DNA of 34,551 nucleotides from positions 1 to 34,551 of IMG/VR virus record IMGVR_UViG_2778261031_000007; one strand, 5' to 3'. Source of the DNA: a virus (Duplodnaviria; Heunggongvirae; Uroviricota; Caudoviricetes). The position numbers and the translations under genes were made by a program. The notes below the pieces were generated by a model. That model did no database searches and was not told the origin of the DNA. It saw nothing but the letters and a program-made list of their open reading frames with translations. This document shows positions 1 to 9,293 of this stretch, piece by piece (the stretch's first letter is position 1; each line of letters starts with the position of its first letter).

Positions 1-1023
1 TTATGTGGATGAAATGTGGATACCTCCTTTTAACGGATTAAGTGAAATTGCATCCTGGAGGAAATCAGGAGCGAGGTGCGCATAGGTCATAGTTTGCTGG
101 ATCGTGGCGTGCCCCATAATTCGCTGGAGCGTAAGTATATTTCCTCCATTAATCATAAAGTGAGCTGCAAAGGTATGGCGTAGAACATGTACAGCCTGCC
201 CTTTCGGTAGGTCAGGCTTAACACTGCGAAGCACCTTGCGATATTCCTCATAATTGACGTCAAACAAAAGGCCGGATTTCTTTGTTTTGATCTCACTAAC
301 AACTTCATCAGAGACAGGAATAATTCGAACTTTTCCGTTTTTAGTTTTGTTAAACGTCACGCGGTTATTGATGATGTGTTCCGCGCGCAGATTTTTCGCT
401 TCTCCCCATCTCGCACCAGTACTGAGACAAAGTAGCGTAATCCGCCGGGCATCACCGCTTACTGCATCCAGTAATTTGGCGATTTCTTCCGTGGTGAGAT
501 ACGTCATTTCGGGTGATTTTCGTTTCAAAGAGGGGAGGGCGCGGAGCGGATTTTCTCCGTGAAATTCCCCGGCATTTGCCAGGAGTGTAAACATTCCTCC
601 GAGATCCGACTCATCACGCCGAACAGTAGACTCTTTTACTCCCAAGGATAAACGGGAGCTTCGATAAGCGGCCATGAAACGAGCATTAATCTGGCTAACC
701 CTTGGATCATTCATTTCTTTGATGATTTTTTTCAACCTGGTTAGAACGCCGTTAGCATATGGCTTATTGCGTCCACCCAATTCCCACCATAACGGAAGCA
801 GATCTGAGAGATGACGTTGCTCTGTTGGCTTTTCAAGCCATTCCTTATCGTGCATGTGGCTGAGAACATAACGCTCAAAGGCCACTGCATCTGCCTTTTT
901 CTTAAAAATCCGCTGAATCCGACGTCCACTTCGGCCACGCGGTCTAACATCCACTTTATACCGTCCACCATCGAGCGCTTTAATTGCCATTGGCAAGCCC
1001 TCCGGTGAAACGAGGAAAGACAT
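1..1023 (-). CDS. int: Tyrosine integrase (P2 Int-like)
   Basis: 340-aa ORF; C-terminal catalytic motifs HVLRHTFA and TMTYAHLAPD (Tyr nucleophile); sits downstream of repressor as in P2. Confidence 0.9.
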   Translation of the reverse strand: MSFLVSPEGLPMAIKALDGGRYKVDVRPRGRSGRRIQRIFKKKADAVAFERYVLSHMHDKEWLEKPTEQRHLSDLLPLWWELGGRNKPYANGVLTRLKKIIKEMNDPRVSQINARFMAAYRSSRLSLGVKESTVRRDESDLGGMFTLLANAGEFHGENPLRALPSLKRKSPEMTYLTTEEIAKLLDAVSGDARRITLLCLSTGARWGEAKNLRAEHIINNRVTFNKTKNGKVRIIPVSDEVVSEIKTKKSGLLFDVNYEEYRKVLRSVKPDLPKGQAVHVLRHTFAAHFMINGGNILTLQRIMGHATIQQTMTYAHLAPDFLQDAISLNPLKGGIHISST

Positions 1024-1056
1024 TTCCAGTTTGTAAAACGTAAGAATAATAAAGGG

Positions 1057-1359
1057 TTAACCAATTTTCCTTTCGGATGGGGGTAAGTCCGTTGGCTCTT
1101 GCCCATAGTGTGCGAGAGCCGGAGCTATCTGCCCGGATTCAGGCGCAATTTTTCCAGTCATAAACCACAACGCATATTTCTCAAATCTGGGGTTGTTTAG
1201 TATTTGCTCAATTACTTCAGCATTAGGGATAGTTTTACCGCTTTCATATCTCCACAGAGCATCACGGTTTAAACCAAGCATTTTTGCTGTATCCGGGAGG
1301 CTAGTAAGTCTCTCGCTTTCACGCATGATTTTTATGCGCTCTCCAATAGTCATACGCAT
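1057..1359 (-). CDS. C: Immunity repressor C (HTH)
   Basis: About 100 aa from ATG at 1359 (GGAG 8 nt upstream); C-terminal WFMTGKIAPESGQIAPALAHYGQ closely matches recalled P2 C; track ORF starts at an upstream TTG (1374). Confidence 0.8.
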   Translation of the reverse strand: MRMTIGERIKIMRESERLTSLPDTAKMLGLNRDALWRYESGKTIPNAEVIEQILNNPRFEKYALWFMTGKIAPESGQIAPALAHYGQEPTDLPPSERKIG

Positions 1360-1454
1360 GTTGCAATTCTCCAACGTCTGTATTAATGTTTATACAAATG
1401 AGTTTGATTTGGGGCATCCGTCGCAAGAAATACCCCAAACAGGGAGATTATCAC
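1360..1454. promoter_or_regulatory. Divergent Pc/Pe lysis-lysogeny switch region (operators not resolved)
   Basis: 95-bp AT-rich gap between divergent repressor and cox-like genes; position as in P2. Confidence 0.4.
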
Positions 1455-1781
1455 ATGAATGAAGAACTATTGAGGGCATTGTTTAAGATCCCAGACCCCA
1501 TCACCGTCGATGAATTTGCCCGCCGCACGGGCAAGACCGAATCAGCCGTAAGAAAGTTGGTGGAACGTCGGCTCATCCCTCTGGCTACTGAGCGTGAAGT
1601 TTTAGGCGAGGAAGGAAGTTCACGCCGCCTCCTCATCTTATGGAACGAGTGGCTCGAAATGGTCTATGACGCAACGAAACAGCTTCCTCCTGAGCGTAAA
1701 GATTGGCGCAACCACTGGCTTAATAAAGCTAAGAAGCTGGCGGAAGATTTGGGATTAGGTTTTCTTAATTTTGCTGCATGA
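1455..1781 (+). CDS. Cox-like excisionase/early regulator
   Basis: First gene of the rightward early operon; AGGGAG RBS at 1441-1446; small basic protein; identity to P2 Cox is weak, call by position. Confidence 0.5.
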   Translation: MNEELLRALFKIPDPITVDEFARRTGKTESAVRKLVERRLIPLATEREVLGEEGSSRRLLILWNEWLEMVYDATKQLPPERKDWRNHWLNKAKKLAEDLGLGFLNFAA

Positions 1782-1799
1782 GATGCAGGGAGTTTTGAT

Positions 1800-2141
1800 A
1801 TGAAACAGCAACGTAATTCACGCTTTCGTAATGGTGCTGAACGCCACGCTAACCGTTTCGCTACCAGCGCATCACGCAGCAACATCCGCTACAGCCTGAG
1901 TGATACACACGCAACGCCGGATGGCTACCCAGTAAAACAAATCGGCGAGCATGCCTGGCTGATTGAGAAAGCTGGAATCGTGGTCCGCAAATGTCCACGC
2001 AATCCGTTTACCGGAAACCGCATTTTTGCATTGAGCTGCGGCGACAATCAGTTCGGGCAGGATTTCACATTATACGAAGCACTACGCACGGTTGATCGTC
2101 TGCTTCGCGGGCAAAGTTTTATTAAACAGGCTGATTTATAA
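1800..2141 (+). CDS. Hypothetical early protein (113 aa)
   Basis: ORF with RBS GCAGGGAG upstream, tightly packed in early operon. Confidence 0.55.
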   Translation: MKQQRNSRFRNGAERHANRFATSASRSNIRYSLSDTHATPDGYPVKQIGEHAWLIEKAGIVVRKCPRNPFTGNRIFALSCGDNQFGQDFTLYEALRTVDRLLRGQSFIKQADL

Positions 2142-2151
2142 CAGGTGCTTT

Positions 2152-2430
2152 ATGACCAAAGAGCATGCACAAGGTGTATTTATCCGTTTTATTGATTTTC
2201 GCGGTGAACTGTTATTACGCGCATCAGCCATTGACGGAGTTGTTCCATCCGAAAAAAACGCAGCTACTTACGTTTATCTGAACGGTACGCGCTTGACTGT
2301 GGAGCTTCCGTACCAGACCGTGCGAGAAATCATTAGCGAAGCTGAAAAGGCACGTCAGGTTAATGGCGATGAACCATATATCGAAATTATTTGTATGGAT
2401 TCAGAAGCTGAAATTCAGAAAGCAGATTAA
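2152..2430 (+). CDS. Hypothetical early protein (92 aa)
   Basis: ATG at 2152 ten nt after the previous stop; track ORF extends to 2092 but overlaps the upstream gene. Confidence 0.55.
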   Translation: MTKEHAQGVFIRFIDFRGELLLRASAIDGVVPSEKNAATYVYLNGTRLTVELPYQTVREIISEAEKARQVNGDEPYIEIICMDSEAEIQKAD

Positions 2431-2441
2431 AGGGCGTTGCG

Positions 2442-2684
2442 ATGGGCAAAGAATATAAAACTCTCATTAACAAAGCACTTGAGCGTTTTTATTTTCGCTT
2501 AAGTGCATCAGGCGCTCATGCTGAACGTGCAGCCCGTGACTCATTGACCAGGGCAATCCGGAGTCTGTATGACGTGGCTTTTTACGCTGATGATCTGGAT
2601 GCACTTAACGAACTTTCCGAGCTAATCTGTGCCGCAGAATGCGGGGAACATATTGAACCGTATAAGCTGGGGAATATCGCATGA
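2442..2684 (+). CDS. Hypothetical early protein (80 aa)
   Basis: ATG 2442; stop overlaps next start (ATGA). Confidence 0.55.
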   Translation: MGKEYKTLINKALERFYFRLSASGAHAERAARDSLTRAIRSLYDVAFYADDLDALNELSELICAAECGEHIEPYKLGNIA

Positions 2685-2794
2685 GTATATTTATTTCATG
2701 GCTTGCTCTGATTATTTCAGTGGCCTGCGCCATTGGGATTATGCGAATTATTCATTCAGTAAAAAAGATTGAACGTTTTTTCACTGGTGAATAA
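2681..2794 (+). CDS. Small hydrophobic peptide (37 aa, MSIFISWLALIISVACAIGIMRIIHSVKKIERFFTGE)
   Basis: ATGA overlap with upstream stop implies translational coupling; single predicted TM helix; below track length cut-off, translated by hand. Confidence 0.35.
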   Translation: MSIFISWLALIISVACAIGIMRIIHSVKKIERFFTGE

Positions 2795-2887
2795 CGATAC
2801 AAATAAAACATCAAATTAAATAAGAAAACGTGAAAACCATCCGTATTAACGGAGGTATTCGCACACGCAGATAACGGAGATACAAAA

Positions 2888-3298
2888 ATGCACGCAAAAG
2901 AAGAAGGTATCATCAGAGCACTGAAAGAAATTTCAAAGATGGAAAGCGAAGTAGCGAAAAAAGCCGTAGCAAATAATCATATAGACGTCGCGACCCACAC
3001 AATGATAGTCGCAAAAGTCACGGCAGAAGCCGCCAAAATCATCGAAGAACAGGGTGCGGAACTTACGCTTTTCAAAACTCAACCAGTCACCGAACTGGAT
3101 TTATCTAACACCGGACGCCTTATTTACACAATTGGCTCAGAGCTACAGCGATACACCATTATTGCCGGATTACAGGACAAATACCTGATCACTCCTCACC
3201 CCATAAGGGAATCAGCGCTTCTGACAAATCTCCGCCTGATAGAGCGCTCTCAAGTTGCATTCATTGATGACGCCCGACACACCGTATTTAACGCATAG
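2888..3298 (+). CDS. Hypothetical protein (136 aa)
   Basis: ORF after an AT-rich 90-bp gap; no family recognised. Confidence 0.55.
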   Translation: MHAKEEGIIRALKEISKMESEVAKKAVANNHIDVATHTMIVAKVTAEAAKIIEEQGAELTLFKTQPVTELDLSNTGRLIYTIGSELQRYTIIAGLQDKYLITPHPIRESALLTNLRLIERSQVAFIDDARHTVFNA

Positions 3299-3321
3299 GG
3301 TTACTGGACAAAGGGGGCGCA

Positions 3322-3525
3322 ATGGCAATTAAGCATTTTCCCGTCGTTCGCTTTACCTCCAGAGGGCGCGAATACGAGGTCGACGAACGACTGATTACCA
3401 CTATCGACAAACATCGTTCGGAAAAGGATGCACACCACATCTACCTCACTGACGGCACTTACTTCTGCGCCACCAACGTGGCGCGGGTGAATCTTATCCG
3501 ACAAGTACAGGAGCCACGCAGATGA
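3322..3525 (+). CDS. Hypothetical protein (67 aa)
   Basis: RBS AAGGGGG at 3311-3317; ATG 3322. Confidence 0.5.
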   Translation: MAIKHFPVVRFTSRGREYEVDERLITTIDKHRSEKDAHHIYLTDGTYFCATNVARVNLIRQVQEPRR

Positions 3526-3788
3526 CCATTCTGGAATACATCGCTACTCATCCGGGGTGTAGCGGCGGAGAGATCGCCGCAGCACTGAATACTCCAACCA
3601 CAGCCATTAATGCTGAGTTACGCCAACTTTGGCGCGGCGGCTTAGTCATCAGAACAAACCGCAGCACAGGTGGTCGCGCTCGCAAAACTGGAGGCCAGGC
3701 TTCTTACCACGTAAACCCGATGCCGTTCGGGTGTAGCAATCCGCTTACTCACATGTTTAACCAGCTACTGAAGGAAGCCAGAACATGA
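3522..3788 (+). CDS. Hypothetical protein, possible winged-helix DNA-binding (88 aa)
   Basis: ATGA overlap with upstream gene; helix-turn-helix-like segment GEIAAALNTPTTAINAELRQL. Confidence 0.5.
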   Translation: MTILEYIATHPGCSGGEIAAALNTPTTAINAELRQLWRGGLVIRTNRSTGGRARKTGGQASYHVNPMPFGCSNPLTHMFNQLLKEART

Positions 3789-4084
3789 GCACCACCAACC
3801 ACCAGAAGCTACGCGAACTGGCATTTGCCCTGCAACGAATGGCAACTCCTCAAAAATTACTGGCATTTCGCGCAATGCTCTCGCCGTCTGCTGTGCTGGC
3901 ACTGCTGGATCAGCTGGAGCACGCCAAAACCACGGCTCCTGCCATTCGCCTGACGCTCCATCATGAAATCGCTGATTTCTGCGCAACGCTGGGGGCACCT
4001 GGCGAACCGGAAACGCCGGAAGCGATGCAGCAAGAGCTGCTGCAACGCATTGACAAGGTTTTTGATTTTTTTCTGAACCAGTAA
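3785..4084 (+). CDS. Hypothetical protein (99 aa)
   Basis: ATGA overlap with upstream gene. Confidence 0.5.
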   Translation: MSTTNHQKLRELAFALQRMATPQKLLAFRAMLSPSAVLALLDQLEHAKTTAPAIRLTLHHEIADFCATLGAPGEPETPEAMQQELLQRIDKVFDFFLNQ

Positions 4085-4206
4085 GAAACCAGAACATGCA
4101 CACACAAAAAAACCGCTTGCCATGCCGCAATCGGTCAGGTTACATTTCCGCTGCACCTCATAAAACGGGTGCCGGGATTCTCAACCCGATACAGAGCAAA
4201 GCGCAT

Positions 4207-4227
4207 AACCGCGCCAGCGGTTTTTTT
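4207..4227 (+). terminator. Intrinsic terminator (AACCGC-GCCA-GCGGTT then T7)
   Basis: Perfect 6-bp GC-rich stem, 4-nt loop, run of 7 T. Confidence 0.5.
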
Positions 4228-4239
4228 GTGCGTACTGTA

Positions 4240-4268
4240 TTGCCACGTCTTTTTCGCGTCAGAATTAT
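4240..4268 (+). promoter_or_regulatory. Candidate sigma70 promoter for the replication module (TTGCCA-N17-AATTAT)
   Basis: -35/-10-like hexamers with 17-bp spacing, followed by a structured leader with a UUCG-loop hairpin (4285-4298) and an 8-bp inverted repeat GTTGAGAA/TTCTCAAC (4321-4361). Confidence 0.3.
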
Positions 4269-4406
4269 GGCGGGGCGTACGGGGCCGACTTCGGTCGGGC
4301 CGGATTCTTTGCTCTCCGGTGTTGAGAACCCTGTACGTCTCGCCACCCCGAGATTCTCAACTCTGGATGGTGAGCTATTTCTATCACCGAGCAAAGAGGC
4401 CACACC

Positions 4407-4637
4407 ATGGCAAACCGCAAACAACAGCGCGCATACGCTGCGCGTCGTCACATCCAGACTGAAATCAACCGTAGACTTTTCCGCGCATCACGCGTCGCGC
4501 AAATCATGCACATCAATATGCTGCATGAGCGCAGCCACGCGCTATCGAACATCTATTCCGCCTCTGTTTTCAGCTATCTGGCGGATGATCTGCGCGAGCT
4601 GCAACAACTCTTCCAGCAGCAAAACAAACTCCATTAA
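4407..4637 (+). CDS. Hypothetical basic protein (76 aa)
   Basis: RBS AAGAGG at 4394-4399, ATG 4407. Confidence 0.5.
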   Translation: MANRKQQRAYAARRHIQTEINRRLFRASRVAQIMHINMLHERSHALSNIYSASVFSYLADDLRELQQLFQQQNKLH

Positions 4638-4709
4638 TTCCTGTTCCGGGCCTTTCCTGCACCTTGCGGCGGGAGGCCTTCGCACATCTGTAGTAAAGAG
4701 AATTGCAGC

Positions 4710-5099
4710 ATGATTGACGCTCATGACTTCACAAGATGGGTGCGCACACAGGACACCCGTCTGGCTCCCGTTCTTCAGGGATTATTTGATCTCTACATCC
4801 GTGGTCGTGACAACAGAGCACGCACCACAAAACCGGAGAATGCAGACACCCTTTATTTCACAGTAGACGACTGCTACCGCGTGGACTTCACACCACACGG
4901 GCTGGCGTTGCACTGCCTGACACCACACGGAGAATCACTGCTGGCGTATTACGACTCCCCGGCCTCCGTATTTGCGGCAATGCTGGCGCATCGCACTGCT
5001 GGCGGGTGTGCCTCGCTGAGTGAATACACCGCTGAATTTAACCGCCTTTCTGCCCTCTTCTCGCAGGAGTGGCAGCGCGTGACGGGATACCAGCCATGA
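4710..5099 (+). CDS. Hypothetical protein (129 aa)
   Basis: ATG 4710; stop overlaps start of A (ATGA at 5096-5099). Confidence 0.5.
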   Translation: MIDAHDFTRWVRTQDTRLAPVLQGLFDLYIRGRDNRARTTKPENADTLYFTVDDCYRVDFTPHGLALHCLTPHGESLLAYYDSPASVFAAMLAHRTAGGCASLSEYTAEFNRLSALFSQEWQRVTGYQP

Positions 5100-7906
5100 A
5101 TGAGTTTGCATGGAGCTGGAATGAACCACGGCCAGCCATTGATCCGGCCAGATTTACGGAGCACAGGCAGGAAACTGAAACCGACCTGCAACGCGCCATC
5201 CGTTACTACCTTGAGGCAGACAAAAAGGCTCTGGAAGAACAGGAAGCGAAGGAGGAAGCCTTTTTCGCACAATCCACCGTGGGTAAAAAACTCATGGCAT
5301 CCCTTGAGGAAGCCGGACAGCGTGAAAAGCTGGCACAAAGCATCATCAGCAAGCGTCAGGCAACAGAACAAGACCCGGTGGCCCGTGCTTTTGCCACACT
5401 GAAGGTGCTTCCCGTTTATCTGCGTGAACCTCTGAGCCGCCACCTCTCTTTCCTGCGCAAAAAACAGGAAGCCGATCGCCAGAAAGGCAAAAAGAGCTGG
5501 CAGGCTGAACGCTACGCGCGCGGAACCCTGCGCAAAATATTCGAACGTCTGGACCGCACCGATCACCGCTGGCTGACACCGGGTTATCGCTCCCTTGCCG
5601 GACGCGAACGCCTGGACGATTTGCTTTACCTGCCGCAGCTCAACAAACACCAGATACAGACGCTGGCCACCATGACGGCGGCGATGTTCAGCAGCACCTT
5701 CGAAAAACTCTGCGATGGCTTTGGCGCGACTGATGGCGAACTGACCATGGATGTAACGCTGAAGGCGTATCAGATGCTGGCCCGCATGGCGTTACACCTG
5801 CACGCCATGCCTCCACATTATGACGCACTGACAACAGACAAAGACCGGAGGAACGAACCGGACACGGAGCTGCTGCCGGGCGCAATCCTTCGCCTGACCT
5901 GTGCAGAATGGTGGAAACGCAAACTGTGGCTGTTACGTTGCGAGTGGAGAGAAGAACAACTCCGCGCCGCCTGTCTGGTTTCCAGAAAAACATCGCCCTA
6001 TCTGAGCCAGGACGCGTTAAGCGAGTTTCGCGCACAGCGCGAGAAAACACGCGATTTCCTGAAAAGTTTCATGCTGGAAAATGAAGACGGGTTCACGATT
6101 GATCTCGAGACGGTGTATTACGCGGGAGTAAGTAACCCGGTTCACCGTAAGGCAGAAATGATGGCCACCATGAAGGGGCTGGAACTTCTGGCCGAAGCCC
6201 GTGGCGACAAAGCGGTGTTTCTGACTGTCACCTGCCCGTCAAAATACCACGCCACAACAGAGAACGGTCATCCGAATCCCAAATGGAACGGGGCCACCAT
6301 GCGCGACTCCAGCGATTATCTGGTTAACACGTTTTTTGCGGCGGTCCGCAAAAAACTGAACCGCGACGGCCTGCGCTGGTATGGCATCCGCACGGTGGAG
6401 CCTCACCATGACGGCACCGTGCACTGGCATATGATGGTCTTTGCTCATCCGGAAGAAATCGACAGCATCGTGGCCATCACCCGCGATATTGCCATTCAGG
6501 AAGACCGCCACGAGCTGGGCAATGATATTACTCCGCGCTTTAAGGTGGAGTATGTCGACGGCTCCAAAGGCACACCAACCAGCTATATCGCGACCTACAT
6601 CGGAAAAAACCTGGACAGCCGCGCCGTGGATGGCATCGACCCGAAAACGGGCAAGCCACGCGTTGACCACGAAACCGGAAAATCAATGGCCGAGAGTGTG
6701 GAACGCGCCATCGGCTGGGCGCGCCTTCACCGGGTCCGCCAGTTCCAGTTCTTTGGCATCCCCTCCCGTCAGGTATGGCGTGAACTCCGCCGCCTTGCCA
6801 GCCAGATGGCACGCAACCCGGAAGGCCCGCAACGGCTGAAGGATGATGCAATGGATGCGGTACTCGCTGCCGCTGATGCCGGGTGTTTTGCCACCTACAT
6901 TGAGAAACAGGGCGGCGTACTTGTTCCACGCAAAGACTACCTGATTCGCACCGCCTACGACCTCGCAGATGAGCTGAACGATTACGGCGAACAGAGCGTA
7001 CAGATTTACGGGATCTGGTCACCACTCATCGGGGAATCCTCCCGTGTGTGCACGCACCCGGATAACTGGAAGCTGGTAAGACGTAAACCGGAAGCGGAAG
7101 ACAGCACCCGCGAAAATGGTTTTGACCTTCAGGGCGGCCCTGCCGCCCCTTGGACTCGTGGCAATAACTGTCCCCGTGTACAGGAAACGGACAACAACGG
7201 GACAGAACAGCCGGAAGAACGGCCAGCACCGTGGCCGCAGCTCCCTGACGGCGTTGAAGTGAACGAATGGATGCGCTCACTGAAACGGCACGAACGCCGG
7301 GCGCTGATGCGTTCGCTTCGTGACAAACAGGCAAAAAACAGCAGTGATGAAATGCAGAGCTGGACACAGAGCCGCAAACAGCAGCGGCCTTTGCCTGATA
7401 ACCACGAATTACTCGCTAGAGAATGGCGGGAGTCTGCTGAATCTCTCGGCCTGCATATCGGTGAACAACAAATGCAGCACCTGTTACGGGGCGGCAGTCT
7501 GTACGTTGACGGCAGCATCATTGCACCGCAGGGATTTGAAATTGTACGCAAACCGGATACCCGCCCGGACAGCCGAATCACGCAGCTCTGGCAGCGCCTG
7601 AGCCGTAATCACGGTGTAAGCAGCACGGAGATCCGCCATAACCCGGTCGCCAGCTATCTGGCACAGCTGGGGGCATCAGACCCTGAAGCGGCCACACGCC
7701 TGGCATCCACACTTCAGCAGGACCAGAACACCATGAAAACACCCGTTACCGTGCTTTCTGACATGCTGCGCGCCATCCGCGACGCAGAGCACGCACAGAG
7801 AATCAGTGAAACCACTGAACGTGCCCGCCGCAAAGCAGACCTGCTGCGGGGTGGCCTGACCAGTGGAAACAAAAACAGACAGAAACGGGATTCACAAATC
7901 CCGTAA
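5096..7906 (+). CDS. A: Replication initiator A (rolling-circle HUH endonuclease, P2 gpA-like)
   Basis: VEPHHDGTVHWHMMVF HUH motif and N-terminal AWSWNEPR match recalled P2 gpA; start set at ATG 5096 (coupled to upstream gene), alternative GTG at 5069. Confidence 0.9.
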   Translation: MNEFAWSWNEPRPAIDPARFTEHRQETETDLQRAIRYYLEADKKALEEQEAKEEAFFAQSTVGKKLMASLEEAGQREKLAQSIISKRQATEQDPVARAFATLKVLPVYLREPLSRHLSFLRKKQEADRQKGKKSWQAERYARGTLRKIFERLDRTDHRWLTPGYRSLAGRERLDDLLYLPQLNKHQIQTLATMTAAMFSSTFEKLCDGFGATDGELTMDVTLKAYQMLARMALHLHAMPPHYDALTTDKDRRNEPDTELLPGAILRLTCAEWWKRKLWLLRCEWREEQLRAACLVSRKTSPYLSQDALSEFRAQREKTRDFLKSFMLENEDGFTIDLETVYYAGVSNPVHRKAEMMATMKGLELLAEARGDKAVFLTVTCPSKYHATTENGHPNPKWNGATMRDSSDYLVNTFFAAVRKKLNRDGLRWYGIRTVEPHHDGTVHWHMMVFAHPEEIDSIVAITRDIAIQEDRHELGNDITPRFKVEYVDGSKGTPTSYIATYIGKNLDSRAVDGIDPKTGKPRVDHETGKSMAESVERAIGWARLHRVRQFQFFGIPSRQVWRELRRLASQMARNPEGPQRLKDDAMDAVLAAADAGCFATYIEKQGGVLVPRKDYLIRTAYDLADELNDYGEQSVQIYGIWSPLIGESSRVCTHPDNWKLVRRKPEAEDSTRENGFDLQGGPAAPWTRGNNCPRVQETDNNGTEQPEERPAPWPQLPDGVEVNEWMRSLKRHERRALMRSLRDKQAKNSSDEMQSWTQSRKQQRPLPDNHELLAREWRESAESLGLHIGEQQMQHLLRGGSLYVDGSIIAPQGFEIVRKPDTRPDSRITQLWQRLSRNHGVSSTEIRHNPVASYLAQLGASDPEAATRLASTLQQDQNTMKTPVTVLSDMLRAIRDAEHAQRISETTERARRKADLLRGGLTSGNKNRQKRDSQIP

Positions 7907-7980
7907 ATGAGCAAAAAACGTGCCGCGATATATGAAGCGCGCACAAAACAGGCAAGAGCGGGATTTCAGAATCCTGTAAA
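7869..7980. repeat. Imperfect direct repeat of about 38 bp (7869-7906 and 7943-7980) duplicating the 3' end of A
   Basis: ACAAAAACAGACAGAAACGGGATTCACAAATCCCGTAA versus ACAAAACAGGCAAGAGCGGGATTTCAGAATCCTGTAA; each copy contains a CGGGATT..AATCC dyad. Confidence 0.5.
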
Positions 7981-8011
7981 CGATTAATTAATCAACATAA
8001 GGAAAAGCGAC

Positions 8012-8971
8012 ATGAAAATTTGTATCGACGACGGCTCCACCAACATCAAGCTGGCATGGACTGAGAACGGCGAACGCCGCAACGCCATCAGCCCGAACAG
8101 CTTCAAGTCGGAATGGTCTGCGCCGTTCGGTGGCACGCATCCCGCGAACTACATGCTTGATGGCGTGCGCTATGGCTTTGATCCGGTCAGCGATCGCTTT
8201 GTCCAGACGACTGACACGCAATACCAGTACAGCGATGTGAATGTAATCGCCATTCATCACGCGCTGGTCAAATCAGGCATCACACCACAGGAAGTGGATG
8301 TGGTTGTCACCCTGCCACTGAGCGAGTATTTCGACACAAACGCACAGCCGGACATGGCCAACATCAACCGCAAAAAAGCGAACGTCATGCGCCCAGTGGA
8401 GTACCAGAACGGCGAAGCATTCACTATCCGTAACGTACGGGTTATGCCTGAATCCATTCCGGCTGGCTTTAAAGCACTGGCTGACATGAGTCCGTTTGAA
8501 TCCCTGCTGATTGTGGATTTAGGCGGAACCACGCTGGATGTGGCAAAGGTTCAGGGACAACTGGCAGGTATCAGCCAGGTGTTTTGCGATCCACACGTAG
8601 GCGTTTCTCTGATGGCCGATGCCGTACTGTCGGTGATGGCCACTAACGGTATGCGCACCAGTCACCACATCGCCAATACCATTATCGAACATCGCCATGA
8701 TGAAGCCTGGCTGCGCCAGCACATCCACAATGACGCGCATTACGCCAGCCTGATGGCGGTTATTCGTGAAAAGGAAGAAACACTGAAACAACGCGTGATC
8801 CGCGCGCTGGCGGGTTTTTCGGGTTACGGGCGGGTGATGGTTGTCGGTGGAGGGGCGGAGATTGTGGCACCCGCTATCCGCGAAGCCTGCGGAGTTAATG
8901 CGACTTTCATCGCGGACGGGGTGCCACAGTTTGCTCTGGTTAATGGGCTGTACGCAATGGACAAGGAGTAA
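8012..8971 (+). CDS. parM: ParM/StbA-type actin-like segregation ATPase
   Basis: 319 aa; IDDGSTNIKL, ISPNSFK, QYSDVNV, VHHAL, VMPESIPAG, DLGGTTLD, GGGAE and LVNGLY motifs collinear with recalled R1 ParM. Confidence 0.85.
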   Translation: MKICIDDGSTNIKLAWTENGERRNAISPNSFKSEWSAPFGGTHPANYMLDGVRYGFDPVSDRFVQTTDTQYQYSDVNVIAIHHALVKSGITPQEVDVVVTLPLSEYFDTNAQPDMANINRKKANVMRPVEYQNGEAFTIRNVRVMPESIPAGFKALADMSPFESLLIVDLGGTTLDVAKVQGQLAGISQVFCDPHVGVSLMADAVLSVMATNGMRTSHHIANTIIEHRHDEAWLRQHIHNDAHYASLMAVIREKEETLKQRVIRALAGFSGYGRVMVVGGGAEIVAPAIREACGVNATFIADGVPQFALVNGLYAMDKE

Positions 8972-8975
8972 ACCA

Positions 8976-9287
8976 ATGACGACTCCAACCAGACGGATAA
9001 GTTTCTATCTGAAGCCCGCCGCCGTCAAGAACGAAGGCGAAGCATGCGCCTGGCTGGACAGCCTTACACCAGAAGCCCGCAAAAGCGGCCAACGCGTAGC
9101 TTTTCTGGCCGGGCTGGCACTTCTGAAAATGAATCCAGCAGAGGCTTACCGACTGGCTGCATGGGCTGACGATGAGGCGTTATCAGTGACACAAACCAGG
9201 ACAGAGCGCCCCTTGTCACAGCCAGTACCAACCGCACAGATAACCAGTCAGATGGCTGGGAATATCCGGGCGTTGTTTCCTGAATAA
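8976..9287 (+). CDS. ParR-like small DNA-binding adaptor (call by position and size)
   Basis: 103 aa starting 5 nt after parM stop with AAGGAG RBS; same size class and arrangement as ParR. Confidence 0.45.
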   Translation: MTTPTRRISFYLKPAAVKNEGEACAWLDSLTPEARKSGQRVAFLAGLALLKMNPAEAYRLAAWADDEALSVTQTRTERPLSQPVPTAQITSQMAGNIRALFPE

Positions 9288-9293
9288 CACAAC

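Noticed and set aside
5069-5095. GTG at 5069 as start of gene A (track ORF start)
   Set aside because: ATG at 5096 overlaps the upstream stop (ATGA), consistent with the translational coupling seen throughout this operon; the GTG start would overlap its own putative RBS.
4949-5650. 233-aa ORF on the minus strand
   Set aside because: Antisense to the 5' part of replication gene A; no RBS; the A reading frame is strongly supported.
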